A stretch of 56,850 nucleotides of DNA, counting the filler, from Sphacelaria rigidula (lineage: Eukaryota): assembly GCA_964200075.2 (NCBI GenBank). It is 6 parts of 6 records of this genome, joined end to end, with 100 filler letters (N's around TTAATTAATTAA, not from the genome) between each part and the next. Parts side by side here need not be neighbours in the genome. Positions count along the whole stretch, not along the records: positions 37,971 to 47,361 come from CAXNAA020008607.1; positions 47,462 to 56,850 come from CAXNAA020008608.1; 4 more parts are not named here. One strand, written 5' to 3'. The notes beneath the pieces were generated by a model. It was not told the DNA's origin. It saw only the letters and a program-made list of their open reading frames with translations, and did not search any database. The translations under genes were made by a program, and so were the position numbers. The first letter of the stretch is position 1; every line of letters starts with the position of its first letter. Positions 45,751 to 56,850 of the stretch are shown here, piece by piece.

Positions 45751-47204
45751 TAAGTATTACGATCGTACTTGACTCTACCCAATATTTAGGTGGAGTTTGG
45801 AGATCGGACCCTCGCAACACAACACAAACTTTGGGACAGTGAATACCCGGGTACTCACCCTACCCATGACACCTTTGGTTAACTGCCACTGTTGTTGTCG
45901 TCACCTTTGTTGTTAAATGTTCTCAAAAATACAATTTGGCTCCGGCCTGAGACTACAGAAGAAATCGAATCGCTGGTTGACCTGCGAGTACTCGTTTGAA
46001 TATTTCGACCGGGAAATCGGCCAACCTGGCGCAAGCAGAGCTCGATACTCATATTTGACCAATGTGGTGTTGTATGTGGACACTGGTTGCCGCAGTGCAC
46101 TGTACTGTACACATCACGAAGCCGTTCACACGCTGGACACTGACGATGTATTGACTTTGTCAAGAGAAGTACTGCGTACAGTATTGAATGTGATGTCTAG
46201 AGTGATGCTACGGTAGGAGTACACCAATATTGTTTTAGGCTAGAATTGTCAGGAGCCCTTTATCTCATCCAAAACACCACTTTCGAAGTATGTGAAGAGT
46301 ATGTCAGGATTACTATTCCAATTTGCCGGGGATGTCCCGAATGAATGTGCAAACGGGGATGCCCTGACCCATATTGTTGTGCATCTCGAATCGTTAGGAG
46401 CCCCTGACACCAGACAAGATTTAGCGCAAAACGTGCATTCCTCCCGTAGCATTACTCTCTATTGCAACAGACCCAATAGTCGATACCGTTCGCAGTTCAC
46501 ACCATGACATTGCCATCTCTTGTCATAATCATCCAGGGTGTGAAGTCGTGTATTTCATCCAGATCATGCGTAACATCGCATCGCGCTTTTACAGGCACAT
46601 CCTCACTCAAACGACTCAAAAAATGTGTAGGACCACACACACTGTCTGTTGTACTGCACTGTTGTTGTAGTACAAAATTCAAGTGCGCTGGGCCGTTTTA
46701 CTGTACCGTATTGTCTCTGGATAGATACTTTCTCTCTGTGCGTATGTTCTTTCCTGGCGGTGTATGCAAGTGGTAGTTTAGTGCCTCGCTTCCGTAGATT
46801 TCATGGATGAGAGGATCATACCCAAAATGGTGAGGTCATCGTAGATGAGCCGCAATCTGTTCTCACGGCCTCGAGTTTTTCACGATTGGTCATGAGGGTG
46901 GTTTCTGCGGAAGACCTTTTCCACGGAAGCCATGTGGCGAAGGCCGACCATTTCTAGTTTTATTTTTTGTTCTTTTCTTGTCTTTTCATGATCTACGACT
47001 CTGTCTGCCCGTTCTACCTTCCCCCTTTTCCTCACTTTTTTTCAGCGAGTGTTACAGTTTTGTTTGTTATCCGGGTACGTCTATCATGTTGGATAATGAC
47101 CACAACTGGACCATGACTTCTAGGGGGAACAGTTGAAGTGTGACAATCCAATCCTTTGAATAAACTACTCAATCAATTAAAGCTACGACCCCACCTACAC
47201 ACAC

Positions 47205-47361
47205 ACACACCGGCGCTTTGCCCTTGGCAATTGACTGCGAGCCTGGTCAGGCGAGAACCCGGCGTGCCCCGTCCCGGCTTTGTAGGGGTGCGAGGTCAGT
47301 GGTAATAGGACGGCGGCATGCAAGATCATGAGTACACCCCCCCCCCCCCCCCCCCCCCCCC
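47205..47361 (+). mobile_element. Poly(C)-ended retroposon 3' end (family B) at a contig edge
   Basis: ...GCATGCAAGATCATGAGTACA followed by a ~25-nt C run. Confidence 0.8.
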
Positions 47362-47461
47362 NNNNNNNNNNNNNNNNNNNNNNNNNNNNNNNNNNNNNNN
47401 NNNNNTTAATTAATTAANNNNNNNNNNNNNNNNNNNNNNNNNNNNNNNNNNNNNNNNNNNN
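47362..47461. other. Artificial contig linker
   Basis: 100 bp of N with TTAATTAATTAA. Confidence 0.98.
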
Positions 47462-49113
47462 ATCAAGAGCAGCAGCAACAGCAGTAGCAGCATCGCCGCC
47501 GGTTGATTCAGACCACCCCCAGCCACGTACATTTACTCGCAATAAATATGCTGCTGATACTGCTGCTGCTGCTGCTGCTGCTGCAGCTGCTTCTCGTGCG
47601 GACGGTCCACGGCACTTGATACTTCCCCGCATACACACAAAATCTAGAGGACCTAGTTTGATATTGTGCTGGCTTCGCGTCAGCGGCCCGAAAATCCCCC
47701 CCCCCAGAGCGGAAAACACCCTATTTTAGTACATTTGGGTTATTTGCGAGTCAGCATCACGCTCAAACGCGAAAACCAAACTAGGCCACGTAGCTTGGGT
47801 GTGTGGGAAGCGCGCGCGAGAAAGCGCAGTCCAATCCCCCGCTTCGGTGTCGAGTTGTAAGCGTTGGGCGATAGGCACTTTAGGGTTGAGGATCAGTAGC
47901 GTCTTTCGAGGCCGAAGATGGCCAATTAAAAAACATCGGTGCGCATGGCGAGTATCCTTTGAACTGTCGAACCACAGAGGGAGAGTTGACAGAAGAAAGA
48001 CAAAGCTGGCGGTTGCTTTATGTCAGGGCTCCAGTGCAGAAGCCAAGGCGTCGAGAGCGATCTTAGCACGAGTGTGTGCGTTACATCTGCTAGCGACCGC
48101 GGTCATGTATTTAGTAACTGTCTGTATATGCTATTAATAGTAGTAGAATGAGATGCAAACTATGTGATGTCTGACAACGGTTCCAGCGGAGAAGCCAAGG
48201 CGCGAAGAGTGATTTTGATTCAAGACTGCGCACCATGTATGCCTAGGTCTATTGTGGTGTGAATTGTCTTGCACAATTATAATCTGAATCTGAGAGGACT
48301 GACCCTGCAAAGGTTGATCTAGCAAGGATCTGACGTGGCCGGCTTGCACACAAGAGGGTGCATGCTTGACCACACCATAACATTTGGCGTTCGACCTGGA
48401 GTATCTGCTTGCTTGATAGCTTGTTTTCCCTTTCCAGAGTAGAGGAGTTGTTTGCTTATCTACTGCCTGTACTGCCCTCTAGTTGTCGTTTCCCATCTTG
48501 CTGTAGCTTGTTTTTCAATTTTATTTACGTGAGTCATTTGCTTTTCATTCGCTTGATTTTTGCAGTAGCCTACGGACCCGTACACGTGCACCCATAGTTG
48601 CCTCGACGGAGTATTCCCAGCTCTTCGTTCCGTGCAGCGATTTTCTGCAGCACGCTTTCACCTGAATCGAGTTTTACACGCGCTTCTCGACGCGCTGCTT
48701 CTACTGCGTTCGCACTGTCTCCTCTGCGACCTTTTCTTTGGCCGCGTGCCTTTTGCTGTATTGGCCACCCGACTGTGAACCTGTACTTTGTTGTTTTTCT
48801 TGGTACCAGCAATCTATCTGCCCCATTCTGTGTAGCAGGTATTTTTTTGTTTTCGGCAGCTATCCCCAAATCCGCTCCACTTCCCCCATCCCATCTGCCC
48901 ACTTCAGTGCAGCACAACATAAGACCGCAGGCGACATCTGCACGAAGTTGCCGTGATTGCCTTCTAGTGGTACTCTGCCTTTGTACTGTGGTGACTGTTG
49001 CACACCCTATTGTACACCCGTAGAAAAAACAAACGAACCTACGTCTTGGCTTTCGCTTCTTGCTCTGGATTCTCTGAACGTCTTGCTTTGTGGACGCTGC
49101 ATACGCTCCACAC

Positions 49114-52100
49114 ATGTCGCAACGTATCACTACCGCCTCCTCCCCCAACACAGGAGCTAAGCCACCCCGTCGTACGCGGAGCCAAACTAAGGGATCTTCT
49201 AGTTCTTCCGGACCCGATGCCGATTCTTCTTCAGCCTTACGCAAACCAGCCTCCAGCACTGCTTGATCCATCGATTTTGGGGAACAACCCGTGCAGTTCT
49301 CATCGCCCCCTCCCAGCTCCGATTCCGATCATAGCTCGGATTCTCGTACCCTTCCGACCCTCCCACATCATCCCACCCGTGACCACCTTTCAGCTACACG
49401 CTCTGCGCCCCAACCCTCTGCGGCGCTGGTGGCACCCGTCGTACATCACACCCCATCGGACACACTCACCAACACTGTTTTCCCCCCGAGACACTTCGTG
49501 TCCCACTCCTCTACGACGCCGGTGGCACCCGTCGTAGCACACACCCCATCGGACGCAGCCGTCGACACTGAACCCACCTTGACACACCCTGTGTCCCACC
49601 CCCTAATCACGCTGGTGTTACCCGTGGCCCCAACCCCACCCCTTCCCTCTACTGCCGGCGCGGATCTCGTCGTACAAGCTTCAGTCCGAGACCGTGCCGT
49701 CGTGCAGGTGGCACCCACGACCGGATCCCCAACTGCTGGTACTACTACCCACGCTGCCCCGCCGGTACACACTTTGTCAACATCCGCGGCTGCTTTTCCT
49801 GCCCCGGCTGATCATGGTTTGTTGACAAATGTTTTGACTTCTGCTTTGCACAACTCAGGACACCCGTCTTTGGCCCCAGCGGCTGCCTCTGGCATCAATC
49901 TGGAACCAGCCCCTTTGCCGGACATTAGTGTAGCCACAGCACTGCAGGTTATATGCAATTCCTTGCTCCGCTCTCCTTCGGCTTTCGCCGACATCCAAGT
50001 AGCCCCCACTCCCTAGCCCCGCCAAACCGCGCCCACCCCCACCGGACCTTGGCTTTCACCCACACCGCCACGGCCGCCTTCCCACCGACACAATATAACC
50101 ACCCCCGCTCGATGGATGACCGCGCGTGACGACAATTCGAGACATACCTCTCGTTCCTCCTGTACTTTTACTGCCTCAAGGGTTTCTTCACGTCGGCGCT
50201 ACCCTAAATAATAATGTTATTGTGCACGCTGACGCCATGAGGGATATTTGTTCAGATCTTCCTTCAGCAGAGGAATCGTCGATCGCGTATTCCAGCGACT
50301 AACTGCCCTACGACTCACGCCATCACAGTCGCCGTGCTCGACTCACACGCGATAGCTCTTCCCGTTCTGACGCGGCAGTCATCCGTTCCTTGCGGCGACA
50401 ACTTGCCGATTTACAGCGCACAGTACAAACACTTGTGAACAACCCCGTATCTCAGCCCCCCACCGCGCCCCCCAAGAACAACTCATCCCTGGGTATACTG
50501 ACCAAGCGCTAGCCATGATGAATGATTTCGTCAGTCGGCAACACAATACAGATGCAGCGGCGTCTACACTTTCCACCAAGGAGTATCATGCTCCCCTCCG
50601 CGAACTACAGGACAAGCGCTCACGGGTTTCTCACGCCGTAGCCGCTCCTCGCTCCCACCGCACGGCATCCCCACACCCCCCTACTATGACCGCCCGCCCC
50701 GACATCAGTGCCGAACCGCGCCGCGTCGCCATCCACTACGATGACATCCCTTGGTTCACGCTTCCTGTGCAGACTCTTTCGGCCAAGTGCATCCTCTCGA
50801 ATCCTTTGCAAAGCTGTCGCAACGCTTGGCTAGCGCTCGCTCGATCGCTTCAAAGCGCCGTAGCTTCCTATTTGGACCATGACGGGGTCTGTCCTACCGA
50901 TGGTCCCCTTTCGATCACCATTGGCCAGTTAGTCCGCCACATCGAACAAACCACCACCTCCTACGAACTGTCCATTGTCGAGCTTTTCGACGCGTTGCGC
51001 GTCGCCTCCAAATTCGTCACAGCCCAAGTTGGTGACGGCTGGATCTCGGTGACTTCTCGTCGCCGACGCCACAGACATGATATTGCCGACCTTGAGCGCA
51101 ATCGCCGCGGTGATTCTCGCGACCACTACGGAGGATCAAGCTCCTCCTCTGAACACGGGATCTTACAAATTGGGGATGGATCATTTATTGGGGAAGAGAT
51201 ACTCGGAGGATTAAATTCTTCGTATCCATACGAATTTTTCGAAACATGGTGCCATTTTTTCACCTAATGATAGCTATTGACAACTGCTGCACGCTAATGA
51301 AATTTGGATTTCGATCACCGAAATGTTGGGGTCCTGGGTGTAAAAGCAATTTCGGAACCATTTTGACGTCCGTTCGAAAACCCGAAATTCCCCAAAATTG
51401 TTTTTTTCACCTAGGACCCCAATATTTCGGTGATTGACATCCAAATTTGTACAGCGCGTAGCAGTAGTCAATAGCTATCAGTAGGTGAAGAAATGGAACC
51501 GTGGTTCGAAGATATCGTGTGGATACGAAGATTTTAATCCCCCGGGTTTCTCATCCCTAATAAATGATCCATCCCCAATTTGTAAGATCCCGTGTTTCTG
51601 GGAGGACCCAACCACACCGTGTGAACCGTCCCACCACCGGTTTTACCAAGACACACCAGAGTAGTGGCTCGTCGAGCTCTTCTTCCACCGAGTCCAGGAT
51701 TCGGTCTGCCACAAACTCGCCTGCGTCGGCTTCTGCCAACCTAAGTCGCGCTACACCGCGTTTAGCAGATGTTTCGCGCCAGATTTTAGGCCTTTCGGAC
51801 GACAACTCGGATAGACCGGTATCTTCCACTTTGGCTCGCACTCTGGCTGCCGCTGCCGCCGAGCGAGAGCAAGCCACAGCTAGTGCAGCAGCAGCCGCCG
51901 CTCGAGCGGAATCCGCCCGCACGATCGCCATCCAGAGAGAATACATCCAAATAATGGGCGTGAAAAAACTTTGGCATGTGAAACCCATGCCTGCAGTAGA
52001 CAACGAAGACTCGGGACAATTCACTTCTGCTCTCATCACATCTTTACGTCGTACTCTTCGAAACATCCTTCAGCTAGCAGATTTTACGGGTGCCCAACGT

Positions 52101-52440
52101 TTCGAAAATTCCAACTTGGTCGATGGATGGCAGACCCCTCTTCACAAAGCTCTGCACCGCGCCATCAACCGTCGCTCGCCCGACACTGCCGCTGCTTTGA
52201 CACAAGCCCTTGATGGGTTCATGGCCGCTATGGATGCGGATCGCGCCTCGGGGAAGTCAGGCCCGGATTTACTCCATGATCTGGAGCGTCGCTTGACCGG
52301 CTACTCCAATCGCAGCACTCAAGGGAGTGCTGTACAACGACTTAGTTCGTTCGGTGTCGCAACAGATGTTCCCTTCGCGGACTACCTCCGAGAATTCAAG
52401 CTTCTCGTTTCCAGCACCATGGGGGTAGGCCGCCAGCATC
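49114..52440 (+). pseudogene. Gag-like ORF with stops, frameshifts and a MITE insertion
   Basis: ORF pieces 49291-50016, 50515-51151 and 51601-52440. The last two join in frame when the MITE is removed. Confidence 0.65.
51152..51596. mobile_element. Foldback MITE with AACAC...GTGTT termini and 4-bp TSD TCTG
   Basis: About 200-bp arms starting AACACGGGATCTTACAAATTGGGGATGGATCATTTATT. TCTG at 51148-51151 and 51597-51600. Confidence 0.92.
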
Positions 52441-54388
52441 AGACGCAATGTTCCAATACTTTACCATCCCCTAGAACAAAATTCTCTTTCCCCACTGGTG
52501 GAGGGCGAGTATCGAAAACGCCAGTCATGTTGCTAATGTGGTGCGATGTACCTGAGTCTTCAATCCATATTCCTGAATCAGACAGGGGCGGAGATTTCAT
52601 CTGATGCAACATCCTACCCTTCACACGGAAGTTACCCAAACTGAAAACTGTTTTTTCTGGTGCGGCAGAAAGCGCCATGTACACATTACTACCAGGGTTA
52701 TCAGCACGCGGCAGCTCGGTAGTTGACGTTTGGTGGGGGTTCACCGGATGGGTATATTGGTCGGATGACTCGTGGTAGAGTGACGAGTATGATGGTGGTT
52801 GTGCAGCGGAGGAAGGATCATGGTGGGATTGGTCTGGCGGTGGATGTTGTGATGGGTGGCAGGGGAAATGTTCGGTGATGGTGGTAGGTTGCGGCTACAG
52901 TTGATGTTGAGAGGTATGGTACTGTACTGTGTGGGCAGAATCGGCATCGTTGAAAGCATCGTCCTCATAGACAAAGTTATCAATGCTCCCATGGTGCTGG
53001 TGGGCGGGATCAGTCTGCTGAACGGTGTTGGCTTGTGGTGGATGGTTGTGGATTTGGTGTTTTGGATGCGGGTAATGAGATTGTGATGATGTATGGTTGG
53101 TTGTGTGGTTGGACTGTTGTTGGTGGTGTGATGGGCCCTGATTACCTGAGGAACGGTGATGATCTGGGCCTGTGTATGTTGGTTGGTGTTACCGGGTGTG
53201 GTGATGCTAGGCAGTGTCATGCTGGGGGTGGTGCTGACGAGGAGAGCAGTCAGGACAGTTGAATGGACAACGAATTTGGTAGGTTCGTTAATTGGCCTGG
53301 TGTACTATACCACGGCCAGGTCCCGACCGGCTCCATGGACGGTGCGGTCGCCATGGCTGTTGTCTCGGGGAATACCGCCCCCCTCGACCACCATGACCAC
53401 CGCTGAAGTGTTGCTATGGGCCATGATTGGATGGAAACTGGATTGTTAAGGGGAATTGTGGTGGTTTGGTGGGATGTTGTGGTGGTTGAATTGATTTAGG
53501 GAATTGTGGGATCTTCGGTTCCCCCTCGTTCTGCCTTCGGCCCGGTGAACCATGACCCCTTCCATCATTGGTACAAGAGGCGGAAAGTGCATGGTTCAGA
53601 GCTGTATGTTGCCTATCTCTTGACAACTGTGCTTCAGCATACGCATTTTCTAGGTGGCGGGTGCCCTCTTCTACGCCTATCTCACGTAGTGTTAATTAAT
53701 CACTACGTTCGTGCTCGTATTTTGACGAAAGGCATCGAACAATATGCCTGTTCGCCTCAGAGTTCGAGAGAACTATATCGACTTCTTTGCGCTTTGTGCG
53801 AATGAACTGTGCCCGCGAGAGAAAGTTCATCGGCAATTCACCGTCAGCCATCTGTAACGTTTGCCATTCGTACTCCAACTTGGCTTTTCACGTGGCTGCT
53901 GGAATCTTGTAGAACTTGACCATGTAATCCCATACTTGGCTTGGGTTCACAAGCATATCGATGTGCCTTACCAAGGGGGATGGATTACCTTATCGAGAAT
54001 TATCTTCATGAACCTTTTGGCTTTGTCGACAGCTACGTTTCCGAAATATGCCCGCAAATCCTCCTCGTTTCCACGATGTGTTCTGATAGGGTTGTCAACT
54101 GACAAAGCGTCATAGCAGTCTTCACCCTTGAAATAAGCACACATCTGGATGTGAAGCCCATCAAACCTGTCCCTGGTATTAGTGGATGTTGCAGCTTTTT
54201 CATCCCAAGGTGGAATGCTTTTGTTGCTGCGAACACGGTGGGAATTGGGGTTGTGGAACGGTGCTTGCTGTGCTGTTTTTATCAGGCATCACCGGTGTAC
54301 TGTTCATTGTCTGTTGCATTCTGTTCATCTGTTCAGTTAGAAGTCTCACTTGCTCTTCCATGGTCGTGGGGTGCCGGTACTCTTCCAT
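52439..54388 (-). pseudogene. Second copia element: decayed gag plus protease start, 3'-truncated
   Basis: Gag (UBN2-like) EYEWQTLQMADGELPMNFLSRAQFIR, a Pro/His/Asn-rich linker, and protease WIEDSGTSHH...LGDGKVL. Confidence 0.8.
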
Positions 54389-54607
54389 ATTAAAACCTAG
54401 TCAAATTGTCAACCTTGCTCAACCTTTACTCAAACCTGAAAACCTTCACACCTCTCTCTCAAAAACTCCTCGACTCAAACTCTCCTCTTGCTCAAACTCT
54501 CTCACTTCGACTCAAACTCTCCACTTGCTCAAACCCTCTCCAATCTCAAACCTTTCTGCAACGGCGGTAAATCTCTTCCGTAGCGTAATCAACCGCTCTG
54601 ATACGGG

Positions 54608-55001
54608 AGTAAGCGTCCACACAACTCAAGTGCGTGAACAGCGGTCAGCACCTTGGTTCAGGTAGATAGCAGTAGTCTAGACAGGTCTAGAACACGTTTT
54701 GATTATTTCTCTCCTCTCTGTTTACTCACTCAGATTCCAATCAACCCCATTCACTCACACAATAACACACGCTCAATCTCTCTCACTCAATACCACACTA
54801 ACTCACTCACCACATACACTTATGTAAACCCCCAGAGCAAGGCAGGCAGATGGCAGGACCAGGACTGACTGTAGGACGTGGGCGATAGACGCACAGTTAC
54901 CCGGACGGCACACTTGGCTGTACTCGATACCTACGCCATTAGACATCATTCCTCCGATTGGCTACCTAATCCTCCGCAATCGCAACATTGTTGATGCTAC
55001 T
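54608..55001 (-). repeat. Putative LTR of the second copia element (proximal copy)
   Basis: Direct repeat of 55196-55596. Followed on minus by PBS-like CCCGTATCAGAGCGG and a GA-rich leader into gag. Confidence 0.7.
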
Positions 55002-55063
55002 TGTGCCGCACTCTATCCTACATCAACCTTGTTCATGACAGAGCGTGAGAATATATTCAAGTA

Positions 55064-55596
55064 AAACCTTCACACCTCTCTCTCAAAAACTCTTCGACTC
55101 AAACTCTCCTCTTATTCAAGGTCTCTCCAATCTAAGACCCTACTGCAATGACGGCAAATCTCTTCCGCTAGCGTAATAAACCGCTCTGATGCGGGAGTAA
55201 TCGTCCACACAACTTAAGTGCGTGAACAGCAGTCAGCACCTTGGTTCAGGTAAAAAACAGTAGTATAGAACACATTTCGGTTGTTTCTCTTCACTCTGCT
55301 TACTCAATCAGATTCCAATCAAACCTTTTTCATTCAGTCACACAATAACACACGCTCAATATCTCTCACTCAGTACCACACACAGGGACTCACCACATAA
55401 ACTTATGCAAACCCCCACAGCAAGGCAGAAAGATGGCACCCAGAACCTGACCAGGCTGACTGACTGATGGTGGGTGTGAGGCGACTCAGTTGCCCGGACT
55501 GCACGCGTGACTGTACTCGCATAACGTACGTCATTAGACATGATTCCTATGATTGGTTACCTAATCCTCCGCAATCGCAACACGGTTGATGCTACT
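55064..55596 (-). repeat. Tandem second LTR plus PBS and leader fragment
   Basis: Duplicates 54440-55001 with indels. Confidence 0.75.
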
Positions 55597-55720
55597 TATA
55601 ACAGCCGATTTTAAATTTTGGGGTTCAAAACTAAAATGGGGCTGAAGTCGCATTTCTCTATTGCAGGGAAGATACGAAATAGTAACACAGAGCGAAAGTA
55701 TCTTCCCCCCAAACTCCGAT

Positions 55721-56207
55721 CACGCTAACAGACTGCACCGATTTCGCAAGACCTGTGAAAGCTAGAGAGTTTGGTTTTCACGAGCTATATGCACAAGACG
55801 AAAACGGTTCTGAAAACCTGAGAGAAGGTGTCCGCTTCAGGTCCAGTTGAACATCAGAAGAAACTGTCCAACAGCAAAACGAAACTTTTCCGGCATCATC
55901 GTCGGACAGTGCTCGAACAACGGAACAGAATTCGAAAAGTTACTGTTCGTATTAGAAAACCATGCGCTTGGAACACTTTGCAGCTTCGAAGACACAGATT
56001 TTGATTGAAAACAACTTCCCCGGGCTCCCATGTGTGTTGTACTCGCCTGAAAAAGTCGTTCCTTGTTCATCGATGCCTGGCTGGGGGACAGGGAAGCCAC
56101 CCTCCCTAAGGTTTTCAGAACCGGTTTCATCTTGTGAATGCAGCTCATGAAAACCAAACTCTCTAGCTTTCTCAGGTCTTGCGAACTCGTTGCAGTCTGT
56201 TAGCGTG
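55721..56207. mobile_element. Non-autonomous TIR element with CAC...GTG termini and ~110-bp arms
   Basis: CACGCTAACAGACTGCA..TTCGCAAGACCTG.GAAAGCTAGAGAGTTTGGTTTTCA, with its inverse at about 56100-56207. TSD not resolved. Confidence 0.85.
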
Positions 56208-56850
56208 ACCACCACTGCGCTGACGGGAGGTAGCTATGATCCGGTTTGCCTGGCGTATTGCCGACAGCGTCGCGTGAAAGCCACAAGACCTTTGCTGTCG
56301 GCGGTTGATGGCGTGGGTGTCGAATGCAACGACATGCGGTTGATCGTAGAGCACTCTCGTCCCTCCTTTCGAGTTGTGATAATCCATTATCTCCGGACAT
56401 CGGAATAATTATTACCTATGGGAAGGTACTCGTGCTGTACCGAGCTGTCGACGCGACCACCGTATGTGTGCTGCAGATTGCCTATGCGCCACGCTAGCAA
56501 CAGTTAGGTCACCACCATAGGTGTCATTTTTCACTCTGCATGTCAAAAAGGTCCCTACAAGTGTTTGATCTCTCACGGACACACACCCCAACTGGCGTGT
56601 CGTCAAGCGCCCCGTTGGCGGGAGGGGGAGGTTGGGGAGAATCAAGGATGAATAACACCCCCTAAGTTCATATTAGACCTATCTGTTATTGCCGCAGCAC
56701 CGCCCTTGCTGGCATGTGTGTGGCAGAGAGAACAGTAGTAGCGGTGACGGGAACATTGCCCTGTTTTTCAACGACATGTTCTTCAGTGCACAGACGCGCG
56801 TCTTGTCCAACAAAGAGAGGCAGAGAGAAATCGATCTTCGCATCAAGCAA

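Larger units (their letters stand above)
48014..52440 (+). mobile_element. 5' part of an LTR retrotransposon (probably Ty3/gypsy): LTR, PBS and decayed gag-like ORF
   Basis: ...CATAACA (48382), TT, then TGGCGTTCGACC forms a PBS-like junction. It is followed by a long Pro/Ser-rich ORF ending in gag-like VQRLSSFGVATDVPFADYLREFKLLVS. No pol is present, so the superfamily and the LTR left edge are uncertain. Confidence 0.6.

Overview
Eukaryotic, TE-dense DNA of about 50% GC with spliceosomal introns and TTAGGG telomere-type repeats. A stramenopile/brown-algal origin is inferred, not shown. The window is not one locus: it is six contigs of 9393, 9393, 9392, 9392, 9391 and >=9389 bp joined by identical 100-bp N/TTAATTAATTAA linkers, so nothing is syntenic across gaps. 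It contains a near-complete Ty1/copia LTR retrotransposon (10211-16595, minus), two decayed LINE families, three tRNA-derived SINE copies, a gypsy-like gag fragment abutting a second copia fragment, and many MITEs whose TIRs/TSDs suggest Tc1/mariner, PIF/Harbinger, hAT, Sola-like and piggyBac-like origins. Host-gene pieces are a five-exon IQ-motif gene, one mitochondrial-carrier exon and a few unassigned exons. The most unusual signals are (1) retroposons ending in GAGTAC-poly(C) that sit in C-homopolymers, with one filled/empty site pair inside the window, (2) a TGT...ACA TIR element carrying an internal (TTAGGG)6-7 array, and (3) tandem copia LTR-like repeats with AGT...ACT ends and a PBS lacking TGG. 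All alignments were done by eye and no database search was run, so novelty is unverified.
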